Source: an uncultured Alphaproteobacteria bacterium (GTDB taxonomy: Bacteria > Pseudomonadota > Alphaproteobacteria > Sphingomonadales > Sphingomonadaceae). From it: a stretch of DNA of 64,000 nucleotides. The notes beneath the pieces are model-generated. The model saw only the letters and a program-made list of their open reading frames with translations, ran no database searches and was not told where the DNA came from. Within the stretch, counting starts at the first letter, position 1. Every line of letters begins with the position of its first letter. The DNA is taken from positions 420,500 through 484,499 of the forward strand of contig CAWKEE010000002.1 of NCBI GenBank assembly GCA_963848555.1. Reading direction: 5' to 3'. The position numbers were made by a program, and so were the translations under genes. Below, one piece after another: positions 30,373-39,970 of the stretch.

Positions 30373-32781
30373 ATGACCAGCACCTTCCCCGTCCTGCCGC
30401 TGCGCGACATCGTCGTCTTCCCGCACATGATCGTGCCGCTGTTCGTCGGGCGCGACAAATCGGTGGCGGCGCTGGAAAGCGCGATGGCGGCGGACAAGAG
30501 CATCTTCCTCGTCTCCCAGCTCGATCCGGCCGAGGACGATCCCGATCGCGAGGCGCTCTACGATCTCGGCGTCATCGCCACCGTCCTGCAGCTGCTGAAG
30601 CTGCCCGACGGGACCGTCCGGGTGCTGGTGGAAGGCCGCCAGCGGGCTTCGCTGCGCGCGCTCGTCCAGGAGCGCTCGCACCTCGCCGCCGAGGTCGAGC
30701 TGATCGAGGACGCGCACCCGGAGGGCGCCGAGGTCCAGGCGCTGATGCGCTCGGTGATCGAGCAGTTCGAAAATTATGCCAAGCTGAACCGCAAGCTGCC
30801 GGCCGAGACCGCGGTCCAGCTCGGCCAGATCGAGGAATCCTCGAAGCTCGCCGATGCGGTCGCGGCCAACATCAACATCAAGGTTTCCGACAAGCAGGCT
30901 TTGCTCGCCGAGCTCGATCCGGTGCGGCGGCTGGAAATGGCCTATGCCTTCATGGAAGGCGAATTGGGCGTGCTGCAGGTCGAAAAGAAGATCCGCTCGC
31001 GCGTCAAGCGCCAGATGGAGAAGACCCAGCGCGAATATTATCTGAACGAGCAGCTGAAGGCGATCCAGCGCGAGCTCGGCAACGCCGCCGAGGAAGGCGA
31101 GGGCGACGAGCTCGCCGAGCTCGCCAAGAAGATCGAGCGCACCAAGCTCAGCAAGGAAGCCCGGAGCAAGGCCCAGTCGGAGCTGAAGAAGCTGCGGGCG
31201 ATGGCGCCGATGTCGGCCGAAGCGACGGTCTCACGCAACTATCTCGACGTGCTGCTCGGACTGCCCTGGGGCAAGAAGTCCAAATTGAAGCACGACATCA
31301 CCGAGGCCGAGCGGATCCTCGACGAGGACCATTACGGTCTCGCCAAGGTCAAGGAACGGATCGTCGAATATCTCGCGGTCCAGGTCCGGACCAACAAGCT
31401 GAAAGGGCCGATCCTGTGCCTGGTCGGACCGCCCGGCGTCGGCAAGACCTCGCTCGGCCGGTCGATCGCCCGCGCCACCGGCCGCGAGTTCGTGCGCCAG
31501 TCATTGGGCGGGGTGCGTGACGAGGCCGAGATTCGCGGTCACCGCCGGACCTATATCGGCTCGCTGCCCGGCAAGATCGTCACCAACCTCAAGAAAGCCG
31601 GCACGTCCAACCCGTTGTTCCTGCTCGACGAGATCGACAAGCTCGGCCAGGACTTCCGCGGCGATCCCTCCTCGGCGCTGCTCGAAGTGCTGGATCCGGA
31701 GCAGAACAGCCGTTTCCAGGACCATTATCTCGAGGTCGATTACGACCTTTCCGACGTGATGTTCGTCACCACCGCCAACTCGATGGACATGCCGCAGCCT
31801 TTGCTCGACCGGATGGAGATCATCCGCCTCGAAGGCTATACCGAGGACGAGAAGGTCGAGATCGCCAAGCGCCACCTGATCCCCAAGCAGATCGAATCGC
31901 ACGGCCTCAAGGAAGGCGAGCTGCGCCTCGCCGACGAGGGGCTGCGGGCGCTGATCCGCTATTATACACGCGAGGCCGGCGTGCGGACGCTCGAACGCGA
32001 AATCGCCAAGCTCGCCCGCAAGGCGCTGCGCCAGATACTCGAAGGGAAGATCGAGAAGGTCGAGATCACGCCCGACAATCTCGGCGACTTCATCGGCGTC
32101 AGGAAGTTCCGCCACGGCATGGGCGAGGAGGAGGACCAGATCGGCGCGGTCACCGGCCTCGCCTGGACCGAGGTCGGCGGCGAATTGCTGACGATCGAGG
32201 CGGTGACAGTGCCCGGAAAGGGCCAGATCAGGACCACCGGCAAATTGGGCGAGGTGATGCAGGAATCGGTGCAGGCGGCCTTTTCGTTCGTCAAGGCGCG
32301 CAGCCCAAGCTACGGCGTCAAGCCGAGCATCTTCTCCCGCAAGGACATTCACGTCCATCTGCCCGAAGGGGCGGTGCCGAAGGACGGCCCTTCGGCCGGC
32401 ATCGGCATGGTGACGGCGATCATCTCGACCCTGACCGGAATCCCGGTCCGCCGCGACGTCGCCATGACCGGCGAGGTGACGCTGCGCGGCCGGGTGCTGC
32501 CGATCGGCGGGCTCAAGGAAAAGCTGCTCGCGGCGCTGCGCGGCGGCATCACCAAGGTGCTGATTCCGGCGGAGAATGAAAAGGACCTCGTCGAGATACC
32601 GGCCAACATCAAGGAAGGGCTCGAGCTGGTCGTCGTCGCCCATGTCGACGAGGTGCTCGTCCATGCGCTGGCGACGCCGGTGGTGCCGATCGAATGGACC
32701 GAGGCCGACGAGCTGGCGGCGCTGCCGCCGTCCGAGCTGGCGCCGGCGCCCGAGGGAACCGGGGCCTCGATCCGCCACTAG
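30373..32781 (+). CDS. lon: Lon protease (endopeptidase La)
   Basis: [36 protein letters not shown]. Confidence 0.98.
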   Translation: MTSTFPVLPLRDIVVFPHMIVPLFVGRDKSVAALESAMAADKSIFLVSQLDPAEDDPDREALYDLGVIATVLQLLKLPDGTVRVLVEGRQRASLRALVQERSHLAAEVELIEDAHPEGAEVQALMRSVIEQFENYAKLNRKLPAETAVQLGQIEESSKLADAVAANINIKVSDKQALLAELDPVRRLEMAYAFMEGELGVLQVEKKIRSRVKRQMEKTQREYYLNEQLKAIQRELGNAAEEGEGDELAELAKKIERTKLSKEARSKAQSELKKLRAMAPMSAEATVSRNYLDVLLGLPWGKKSKLKHDITEAERILDEDHYGLAKVKERIVEYLAVQVRTNKLKGPILCLVGPPGVGKTSLGRSIARATGREFVRQSLGGVRDEAEIRGHRRTYIGSLPGKIVTNLKKAGTSNPLFLLDEIDKLGQDFRGDPSSALLEVLDPEQNSRFQDHYLEVDYDLSDVMFVTTANSMDMPQPLLDRMEIIRLEGYTEDEKVEIAKRHLIPKQIESHGLKEGELRLADEGLRALIRYYTREAGVRTLEREIAKLARKALRQILEGKIEKVEITPDNLGDFIGVRKFRHGMGEEEDQIGAVTGLAWTEVGGELLTIEAVTVPGKGQIRTTGKLGEVMQESVQAAFSFVKARSPSYGVKPSIFSRKDIHVHLPEGAVPKDGPSAGIGMVTAIISTLTGIPVRRDVAMTGEVTLRGRVLPIGGLKEKLLAALRGGITKVLIPAENEKDLVEIPANIKEGLELVVVAHVDEVLVHALATPVVPIEWTEADELAALPPSELAPAPEGTGASIRH

Positions 32782-32796
32782 GCGATGATCGGCTCA

Positions 32797-32903
32797 CGTC
32801 GTTGCGACCCCGGACTCGATCCCGGGGGAAGCCATCCGGACCGGCCTTCGAGGCCCGCCGGATCGCCGCGTCCCCGGCTCGCGGCGGGGTCCTCGCGACG
32901 ACG
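32797..32903. repeat. Palindromic REP-like element (GTCATTGCGAG-type family)
   Basis: CGTCGTTGCGA...AAGCCATCC...GGATCGCCGCGTC...CTCGCGACGACG; same layout as 48537-48620. Confidence 0.55.
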
Positions 32904-33085
32904 GATGGATTCAAGGCGAGCACGGCTCGCCGGACGCCGAGGCTCCCGACCGCACCGACAGCACCGTTTTGGGGGGATTTTCCGGCGGAAATCCCCTCTT
33001 TCCTTTTGACTCCTGTCCGGCTCCTGTCATTAAATTGGGAGACGGCAACAGCCGCGAGTCACCGGGTAACAGGGGTTCGGGAGAC

Positions 33086-33361
33086 ATGAACAAGCAGGAG
33101 CTAATCGGCCACGTTGCCGAAGTGACCGGTTTCGCGAGGGGGGATGCTTCGCGGGCGGTGGAAGCGGTGTTCGATACGATCAGCAACGCGCTCAAGCGGG
33201 GAGACGAGGTGCGCTTGGTCGGCTTCGGCACCTTTTCCTGCTCCCGTCGCAAGGCGTCGACGGGCCGCAATCCGCGCACCGGCGAACCGATGCAGATCCG
33301 CAAATCGACCCAGCCCAAGTTCAAGGCGGGCAAGGGGCTCAAGGACAGCGTCAACGCCTGA
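33086..33361 (+). CDS. hupB: DNA-binding protein HU
   Basis: MNKQELI, VRLVGFGTF, GRNPRTGE, PKFKAGKGLKD; directly after lon. Confidence 0.95.
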   Translation: MNKQELIGHVAEVTGFARGDASRAVEAVFDTISNALKRGDEVRLVGFGTFSCSRRKASTGRNPRTGEPMQIRKSTQPKFKAGKGLKDSVNA

Positions 33362-33473
33362 CGCCCGCGTCCGAGCGGCGCTGGACAGCGGGAATCGACG
33401 TGGCTATTGACCGCCGGCTCCGGCGGCACCATCTGCCGCCTTCCCGGACTACCACCCGGATTTGATCAGGCGT

Positions 33474-33548
33474 GGGCGCGTAGCTCAGTGGTAGAGCACT
33501 GTGTTCACACCGCAGGGGTCGCAAGTTCAATCCTTGCCGCGCCCACCA
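33474..33548 (+). tRNA. tRNA-Val (CAC)
   Basis: Acceptor GGGCGCG/CGCGCCC, anticodon arm CTGTG-TTCACAC-CGCAG, CCA end. Confidence 0.96.
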
Positions 33549-33567
33549 CGCCTTTTCCGGTGATATT

Positions 33568-33700
33568 TCCTCCCCGTCGCGAAGCGAAGGGGAGGGGGAC
33601 CACCCGAAGGGTGGTGGAGGGGTAAAGGCTCAGGACTGCGCCAGTGACCCCTCCACCATGCTTCGCATGGTCCCCCTCCCCACGCTTTGCGCGGGGAGGA
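33568..33700. repeat. 133-bp nested palindromic REP-like element
   Basis: TCCTCCCC/GGGGAGGA, GGGGAGGGGGACCA/TGGTCCCCCTCCCC and GGTGGAGGGG/CCCCTCCACC arm pairs. Confidence 0.7.
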
Positions 33701-33748
33701 ACCCCATAGCGCTTGCCAAAGCGTGCGGACGGGCGAACATCCTTGCCA

Positions 33749-34522
33749 ATGCCGGACGCGCCTTTCCTCGAGCTGGTCGGCCTGAGCAAGCGCCACGGCG
33801 CCGTCGCCGCGCTCGACGACGTCAGCCTGTCGGTCCGCGAGGGCGAATGGGTGGCGCTGGTCGGCCCGTCCGGCTCGGGCAAGACCAGCCTGCTCAAGTC
33901 GGTCAACCGGCTGGTCGAGCCCGATGCGGGCGAGATCCGGCTCGACGGCCGCGACGTGCGCACCCTTTCCCTGCCCGTTCTGCGCCGGGCGATCGGCTAT
34001 GTGTTTCAGGGCATCGGCCTGTTCCCGCACATGACGGTTGCCGAGAATGTCTGGATCGTGCCGAAGCTGGCCGGCGCCGATACGGCCGGCCGCGAGGCCC
34101 GGGTCGCCGAGCTGCTCGAGCTGGTCGCTTTGCCCGGCGCGTTCGCCGATCGCTATCCGCGCGCGCTTTCGGGCGGGCAGGCGCAGCGCGTCGGCGTCGC
34201 CCGGGCGCTGGCGGCGAAGCCGAAGCTGATGCTGATGGACGAGCCGTTCGGCGCCCTCGATCCGCTCACCCGCGACGCGCTCGGGCGCGGCTATCGCGAT
34301 CTGCACGATCGGCTCGGCCTTACCACCCTGATGGTGACCCACGACATCGCCGAGGCGCTGCTGCTCGCCGACCGGGTCGTCGTCCTGATCGCGGGGCGGA
34401 TCCGGGCCGACGCCACGCCGGCGCAGCTGGCCCGGGGCCAGGGCGACGCCGATGTGCGCGCGATGATCGAGGTGCCGCGCCGCCAGGCGGAGCGGCTCGC
34501 GCGGCTGGCGGACCAGCGATGA
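33749..34522 (+). CDS. Osmoprotectant (glycine betaine/choline-type) ABC transporter ATP-binding protein
   Basis: GPSGSGKT, LSGGQAQRV, LMDEPFGALD, VTHD. Confidence 0.9.
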   Translation: MPDAPFLELVGLSKRHGAVAALDDVSLSVREGEWVALVGPSGSGKTSLLKSVNRLVEPDAGEIRLDGRDVRTLSLPVLRRAIGYVFQGIGLFPHMTVAENVWIVPKLAGADTAGREARVAELLELVALPGAFADRYPRALSGGQAQRVGVARALAAKPKLMLMDEPFGALDPLTRDALGRGYRDLHDRLGLTTLMVTHDIAEALLLADRVVVLIAGRIRADATPAQLARGQGDADVRAMIEVPRRQAERLARLADQR

Positions 34523-36063
34523 GCCCGGCGCTTGCCGAAGCGCTGGCCAGCCTGCCGGACCTGGCCCGTGCCCATCTGACGGTCAGCGGCAGCGCGGTCG
34601 GCATCGGCGTCGCGGCCGGCCTGCCGCTTGCCGTCTGGGCCGCCGGCGATCGCCGGGTCCGCACGCCGCTGCTGGGCCTGGCCGGGCTGGTCCAGACGGT
34701 GCCGGCGCTGGCCCTGCTGGCGCTCTTCTATCCGATGCTGCTGGTGATCGGCCGGACGACCGGGCTGGCGATTCCGGCGCTCGGATTCCTGCCGGCGCTG
34801 ATCGCGCTCAGCCTCTACGCGCTGCTACCGATCGTCCGCAATGGCGTCGCCGCGTTGCGGAGCGTGGATCCCGGCGTGCTCGAGGCCGCCGACGGCGTCG
34901 GCATGACCCGCCGCCAGCGCCTGTTCATGGTCGAGCTGCCGCTCGGCGCCCCGGTCATCCTCGCCGGCATCAGGACCGCTTCGGTGTGGACGATCGGCGC
35001 CGCCACGCTGGCCACGACCGTCGGCCAGCCCAGCCTCGGCGATCTCATCTTCTCCGGCCTGCAGACCGAGAACTGGATAAGGGTGCTGGTCGGCTGCGCC
35101 GCGGCGGCGATGCTCGCTCTCGCCGTCGACGGGCTGCTGGCGCTGGTCGAAACCGGTCTCGAGAGGCGAAGCCGGCGGCGGGTCTGGCTCGGGCTGGCGG
35201 TGATCGCCGCAATGCTCGGCTTCGCCTTGCTGCCGGTCCTCCCCGGACGGACGGTGCCCGCCGAGACGGTCCGGATCGGCGCCAAGAATTTCTCCGAGCA
35301 ATATATCCTGGCCAGCGTGATCGAGCGCCGCCTGCGTGCCGCCGGTTATCGCACCGAGCGGCGCGACAATCTCGGCTCGACGGTCGCCTACCAGGCGCTC
35401 GCGGCCGGCGATATCGACGTCTATGTCGATTATGGCGGGACGCTGTGGACCAACATCCTGCGCCGCCGCGACACGCCTCCGCCCGAAGCGTTGCGCGCCA
35501 GCCTGGCGGCGACGCTGCGCGAACGGGACCGGGTCCTGCTGCTGGGCAGCCTCGGGTTCGAAAATGCCTATGCGCTGGCCATGTTGCGCCGCCGCGCCGA
35601 AGCCCTCGGCATAGGCTCGCTCGACGACCTCGCCGGCGCCGCCCCGCGGCTGCGGCTGGGCGCCGATCTCGAATTCCTGACGCGGCCGGAATGGCGCTCG
35701 GTGCGCGACTCCTACCGCCTCGAGTTCCGCGAGCAGCGCTCCTACAGCCCGACCTTCATGTATCGCAGCCTTGCCGGCGGCTCCGCCGACGTCATCACCG
35801 CTTTCTCCTCGGACGGCCGCATTGCCGCGCTCGACCTGGTGACGCTGGCCGATCCCCGCCACGCCTTGCCGAGCTATGAGGCGGTGCTGCTGGTGTCGCC
35901 GCGGCGAGCGGCCGACCGCCGCCTGGTCGCGGCCCTGTCGCCGCTGATCGGCGCGATCCCGATCGAGCGCATGCGGCAGGCCAATCTGATGGTCGACCGC
36001 GATGCCGACAAGAGGACTCCGGACGAGGCGGCGCGCTGGCTGGACCCGTTTCCTTCCCGTTAA
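34519..36063 (+). CDS. Osmoprotectant ABC transporter permease fused to substrate-binding domain
   Basis: QTVPALALLA, EAADGVGMT (EAA loop), IGAKNFSEQYIL, GFENAYALA. Confidence 0.9.
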   Translation: MSPALAEALASLPDLARAHLTVSGSAVGIGVAAGLPLAVWAAGDRRVRTPLLGLAGLVQTVPALALLALFYPMLLVIGRTTGLAIPALGFLPALIALSLYALLPIVRNGVAALRSVDPGVLEAADGVGMTRRQRLFMVELPLGAPVILAGIRTASVWTIGAATLATTVGQPSLGDLIFSGLQTENWIRVLVGCAAAAMLALAVDGLLALVETGLERRSRRRVWLGLAVIAAMLGFALLPVLPGRTVPAETVRIGAKNFSEQYILASVIERRLRAAGYRTERRDNLGSTVAYQALAAGDIDVYVDYGGTLWTNILRRRDTPPPEALRASLAATLRERDRVLLLGSLGFENAYALAMLRRRAEALGIGSLDDLAGAAPRLRLGADLEFLTRPEWRSVRDSYRLEFREQRSYSPTFMYRSLAGGSADVITAFSSDGRIAALDLVTLADPRHALPSYEAVLLVSPRRAADRRLVAALSPLIGAIPIERMRQANLMVDRDADKRTPDEAARWLDPFPSR

Positions 36064-36121
36064 CCATGACGGAGGTAGAACGAAACCGGTTTCGAACGGA
36101 GGATTGAGGCGGCAGAAGGGA

Positions 36122-36424
36122 GTGCATGCAGTGCGTGGTGACCCGGTTTCGTTTCGCGCGGACGCCGATTTCCGGCGGCAGCTTCAGGGCTACGGCCTCA
36201 GCACGGTCGAGATCAGCTATTACATGCCGGACCATCCCACGCTCCTCCAGCTGTTCGTCTGGCAGCATTATGACGTGGCGCCGCAATTCCCGGCGCTGCG
36301 CGACTTCCTCGATCATTGGCGGCGCGAGGTCGAAGCCGCGCTCCATTCGGTCCGGGTGGCGCACAACCATCTGATCGGCCCGACGGAATGGCGGGCGGTC
36401 GACGGCATCATCACCATCAATTGA
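36122..36424 (+). CDS. usg: Usg family protein
   Basis: DFRRQLQGYGL...YYMPDHP...FVWQHYDVAPQFP...LHSVRVAH; start codon uncertain. Confidence 0.8.
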   Translation: MHAVRGDPVSFRADADFRRQLQGYGLSTVEISYYMPDHPTLLQLFVWQHYDVAPQFPALRDFLDHWRREVEAALHSVRVAHNHLIGPTEWRAVDGIITIN

Positions 36425-36462
36425 CCGGACCTCGACGAGCGCCTCGCCGCCGCCCTCGCTCC

Positions 36463-36492
36463 TTGACGCCGGGGGAGGGGCGCTCCTATGTG
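36463..36492 (+). promoter_or_regulatory. Sigma70-type promoter of tRNA-His
   Basis: TTGACG-N18-TATGTG. Confidence 0.45.
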
Positions 36493-36509
36493 CGCACCCT
36501 CATCACAAT

Positions 36510-36587
36510 GGCGATCGTAGCTCAGCTGGTTAGAGCATCGGTTTGTGGTACCGAGGGTCGCGGGTTCAAGTCCCGTCGGTCGCCCCA
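36510..36587 (+). tRNA. tRNA-His (GTG), with G-1:C73
   Basis: G-1 at 36510, acceptor GCGATCG/CGGTCGC, C73 then CCA, anticodon arm TCGGT-TTGTGGT-ACCGA. Confidence 0.96.
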
Positions 36588-36614
36588 TCTTCCCGTCCGG
36601 GAACAGGATATTCG

Positions 36615-37664
36615 ATGGAATCGCTCTGGGATTTTCCCGATTTCGACGAGCATGAGCTCGTGCAGTTCGTCACCGATCGGGAAAGCGGCCTCCAGGCGCT
36701 GATCGCCGTCCACTCCACCCATCTCGGCCCCGGCGCCGGCGGCGTGCGCTTCTGGCATTATGCCAGGACCGGCGAGGCGGTCGCCGACGTGCTGCGGCTG
36801 TCGCGGGGGATGAGCTACAAGAATGCGATGGCCGGGCTCCCGCTCGGCGGCGGCAAGGCGGTGATCCTGGCCGACGCCGACGGCACCAAGACCGCCGGCA
36901 TGCTCGCCGCCTACGGCCGCGCGGTCGAGCGGCTCGGCGGCCAATATGTCACCGCCGAGGATGTCGGCATGTCGGTCGGCGACCTGGTCGAGATTTCCGG
37001 CCGGACCCGCTTCGTCGCCGGCCTGCCGGTCGGCGAGGGCCAGGTCGGCGGCGATCCCGGCCCGCACACCAGCTACGGCGTCTATCTCGGCGTTCGCGCC
37101 GCGGCGAAGCGCGCGCTCGGGCGTGACAGCCTCGCCGGGCTCCATCTCGCCATCCAGGGTGCCGGCAGCGTCGCCGGCGGCCTCGCCCGCCGCGCCGCCC
37201 AGGACGGCGCCCGGATCAGCATCGCCGACATCCATGACGAGCGCGCGCGGGCGCTGGCGAGCGAAGTGGGCGGCACGGTGGTCGCGCCCGACGACATATT
37301 GTCGCTCGAAGCCGACATTTTCAGCCCCAACGCGCTCGGCGCGATCCTCGACGAGGACAGCATAAAGCGGCTGCGCGCCGCGGTCGTCGCCGGCGGCGCC
37401 AACAACCAGCTCGCCACGCCGGCCGACGGCGACCGGATCCAGCAGCGCGGCGTGCTTTATGCCCCCGATTATGTGATCAATGCCGGCGGCATCATCAACG
37501 TCTCCACCGAATATCTCGGCGACGGCGACGAGAGCCTGGTCCGGGCGAGGATCGAGGCGATTCCGGGCCGGCTCGAGCGCATCTGGGACGAAAGCGCCGC
37601 CACCGGCCGCAACCCGGCGGCGGTCGCCGACGACATGGCCCGCCGGCTGATCGGCCGGGCCTGA
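36615..37664 (+). CDS. Leu/Phe/Val dehydrogenase
   Basis: GGVRF, GMSYKNA, GGGKAV, TAEDVG, GAGSVA, GGANNQL, APDYVINAGG. Confidence 0.92.
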   Translation: MESLWDFPDFDEHELVQFVTDRESGLQALIAVHSTHLGPGAGGVRFWHYARTGEAVADVLRLSRGMSYKNAMAGLPLGGGKAVILADADGTKTAGMLAAYGRAVERLGGQYVTAEDVGMSVGDLVEISGRTRFVAGLPVGEGQVGGDPGPHTSYGVYLGVRAAAKRALGRDSLAGLHLAIQGAGSVAGGLARRAAQDGARISIADIHDERARALASEVGGTVVAPDDILSLEADIFSPNALGAILDEDSIKRLRAAVVAGGANNQLATPADGDRIQQRGVLYAPDYVINAGGIINVSTEYLGDGDESLVRARIEAIPGRLERIWDESAATGRNPAAVADDMARRLIGRA

Positions 37665-37685
37665 CCCCTTCGCCGCGCCCAAAGC

Positions 37686-38594
37686 TCAGAGCGGTTCGGG
37701 ACGCGGCCGGTCGCGGCCGAGCCGGTGCTCGCGATAGACCGTGTAGAGGCCGCCGGCGATGATCACCGCGGCGCCGGCCCAGGTGCTGGCCGGCGGCCTC
37801 GTTTCCCAGATCAGCCAGCCGAGCAGCACCGCCCACAGCAGATGCGAATAATCGAACGGGGCCACCACCGGCACCGGCGCGAAACGCAGCGACGAGGTCA
37901 GGAACAGCTGGCCGACGCCGCCGGTCAGGCCGAGCGCGGCGAGAATCAGCCAGTCCCCGGCATCATGGGCCTGCGCGAAAAAGGGCAGGAGCATGCCCGA
38001 GACGATCATCGAGAAGGCGGTGAACCAGAACACGATGGTCGGCGTCCGCTCGGTCCGGCCCAGCTGGCGCAGCGTGATGGTGACCGCCGCCACCCCCAGC
38101 GCCGAGGCCAAAGCGAGGCCGAGCCCGAGCGGCGGCAGGACGGCGCCGCTCGGCTGCATCACCATCGTCACCCCGATCAGCCCGAGCGCGACCGCGCTCC
38201 AGCGATGGCGGCCGACCCGCTCGGCGAGCAGCAGCGCCGAAAGCATCACCGAGAAAAGCGGCGCGACGAAGCCGATCGTCGTCGCTTCGGCGAGCGGCAG
38301 ATAGGCCAAGGCGCTGAACGCCAGCGCCATCGTGCCAAGTCCGAGCGCGCCGCGGGCGAGGTGCATGCCCGGCCGGTCGGTGCGCCAGGCGCCGAGGCTG
38401 CCGGTCAGCGCCATCCAGGCGAGCAGCGGCGGCAGCCCCAAAGCGAAACGGTAGAAGACCAGCTCCGGGGTGCTGATGCCGGCCTCGTGGCCGAGCTTGA
38501 TCATCGCCGCCATCAGCCCGAAGCAGAGGGTGCCGCCGATCCTGAGCGCGATGCCGAGCAGGCGGTTCTGCCGGGGGGCGTCGGCCGCATCCAT
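37686..38594 (-). CDS. DMT/EamA family transporter
   Basis: Ten hydrophobic segments with a duplicated EamA pattern. Confidence 0.88.
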   Translation of the reverse strand: MDAADAPRQNRLLGIALRIGGTLCFGLMAAMIKLGHEAGISTPELVFYRFALGLPPLLAWMALTGSLGAWRTDRPGMHLARGALGLGTMALAFSALAYLPLAEATTIGFVAPLFSVMLSALLLAERVGRHRWSAVALGLIGVTMVMQPSGAVLPPLGLGLALASALGVAAVTITLRQLGRTERTPTIVFWFTAFSMIVSGMLLPFFAQAHDAGDWLILAALGLTGGVGQLFLTSSLRFAPVPVVAPFDYSHLLWAVLLGWLIWETRPPASTWAGAAVIIAGGLYTVYREHRLGRDRPRPEPL

Positions 38595-38685
38595 GCGCTC
38601 CCTTCGCCAATCGCACGCGCTCGGGACAAGCGCGAACCATCGGCTTTCGCCGCAGCGCCGCCTCCGCTAAACAGGCCGCCGACCA

Positions 38686-39408
38686 ATGCACGTTTACGCG
38701 AATCCGGCCCGTTTCCTGAAAATCGCGCGACCTCTGACAGCCTGGTTCGGCTGGGCGGGAGTCGCGCTGATCGCCGTCGCCCTCGCGGTCGGCCTGTTCT
38801 ACGCGCCGCCGGAGCGGCTGCAGGGCGAAAGCGTGCGCATTCTCTACGTCCATGTTCCGGCCGCCTGGCTCGGCATGGCCGGCTGGAGCGGGATCGCGGT
38901 CGCGAGCCTGGTCCAACTGGTCTGGCGTCATCCGCTGGCTGTGCTGGCGGCGCGCGCGATCGCCGTGCCCGGCGCGGTGTTCGCTTTCCTGTGCCTCGCC
39001 ACCGGATCGCTCTGGGGACGCCCGACCTGGGGCACCTATTGGGAATGGGACGGCCGGATGACCTCGATGCTCGTCCTGCTCTTCCTCTATTTCGGCTTCA
39101 TCGCGCTGGCGGCCGCCGAGAAGGAAAAAGGCGGCGAAGGGCGGATCACCGCGATCTTCGGCCTGGTCGGCGCGGTCAACCTGCCGATCATCCATTATTC
39201 GGTGCTGTGGTGGAACACGCTCCACCAGGGCCAGAGCATCAGCTTCGTGCGCGGCAGCTCGACGATCGCCGCACCGATGCTGTGGCCCTTGCTCGCCGCC
39301 GCGCTCGGCTTCTCGCTGCTGTTCGGCGCGATCGTGCTGATGCGGATGCGCGCCGAGCTCGCCCGCAACAAGGTCGAGGCGCGGCTGAAGCGGATGGCGG
39401 CGTCGTGA
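38686..39408 (+). CDS. ccmC: Heme exporter / cytochrome c biogenesis protein CcmC
   Basis: YVHVPAAW, WGRPTWGTYWEWD (WWD motif), WWNTLHQ. Confidence 0.96.
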   Translation: MHVYANPARFLKIARPLTAWFGWAGVALIAVALAVGLFYAPPERLQGESVRILYVHVPAAWLGMAGWSGIAVASLVQLVWRHPLAVLAARAIAVPGAVFAFLCLATGSLWGRPTWGTYWEWDGRMTSMLVLLFLYFGFIALAAAEKEKGGEGRITAIFGLVGAVNLPIIHYSVLWWNTLHQGQSISFVRGSSTIAAPMLWPLLAAALGFSLLFGAIVLMRMRAELARNKVEARLKRMAAS

Positions 39409-39542
39409 ATCCCTGGCCGTTCATCATCGCCGCTTATGCGCTGACCCTGCTCGCCACCGCCGGCACCCTGTTGTGGAGCTGGGCCGCCATGAGGCGCGCG
39501 GAGGCCGAAGCGGCCGGGCTGGGACGCGACCGTGAAGCCTAA
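39405..39542 (+). CDS. ccmD: Heme exporter protein CcmD
   Basis: 45-aa single-TM ORF (VNPWPFIIAAY...RRAE) between ccmC and ccmE. Confidence 0.75.
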   Translation: MNPWPFIIAAYALTLLATAGTLLWSWAAMRRAEAEAAGLGRDREA

Positions 39543-39970
39543 GAATCAGCGTCTGGTCGCTGCTCCTCCTGACCGTCGCCGCCATGCTCGGCGCGGTGCT
39601 GCTCGCCATGTCGGCGATACGCGACCAGGCGAGCTTCTTCTACGCGCCGGGCGACGTCGCCGCGAAGGGGCTTCCGCTCGATCGCGCGGTGCGGATCGGC
39701 GGCATGGTCAAGGCCGGGTCGATCCGGCGCCACCCGGACGGCGTGACCATCGACTTCCTCGTCGGCGACGACAGCGCGACGACCATCCCGGTCCGCTATA
39801 CCGGCATCGCGCCCGATCTGTTTCGCGAGAATAGCGGGGTGATCGCCGAGGGGCGCTTCGAGCGCGGCGGCCGCTTCATCGCCTCGGAGATCCTCGCCAA
39901 GCACGACGAGAATTACGTTCCGCCCGAGCTCGCCCGGCGCGGCCTCCACAAGACGGAGACGCTGGAATGA
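39532..39970 (+). pseudogene. ccmE: Cytochrome c maturation protein CcmE; frameshifted as sequenced
   Basis: MKPKNQRL joins to RIGGMV...PDLFRE...ILAKHDENY across an indel near 39558. Confidence 0.9.

Noticed and set aside
36510-36587. Possible G-1-less tRNA-His as in some Alphaproteobacteria
   Set aside because: The gene has G at -1 and C73, the standard bacterial identity elements.
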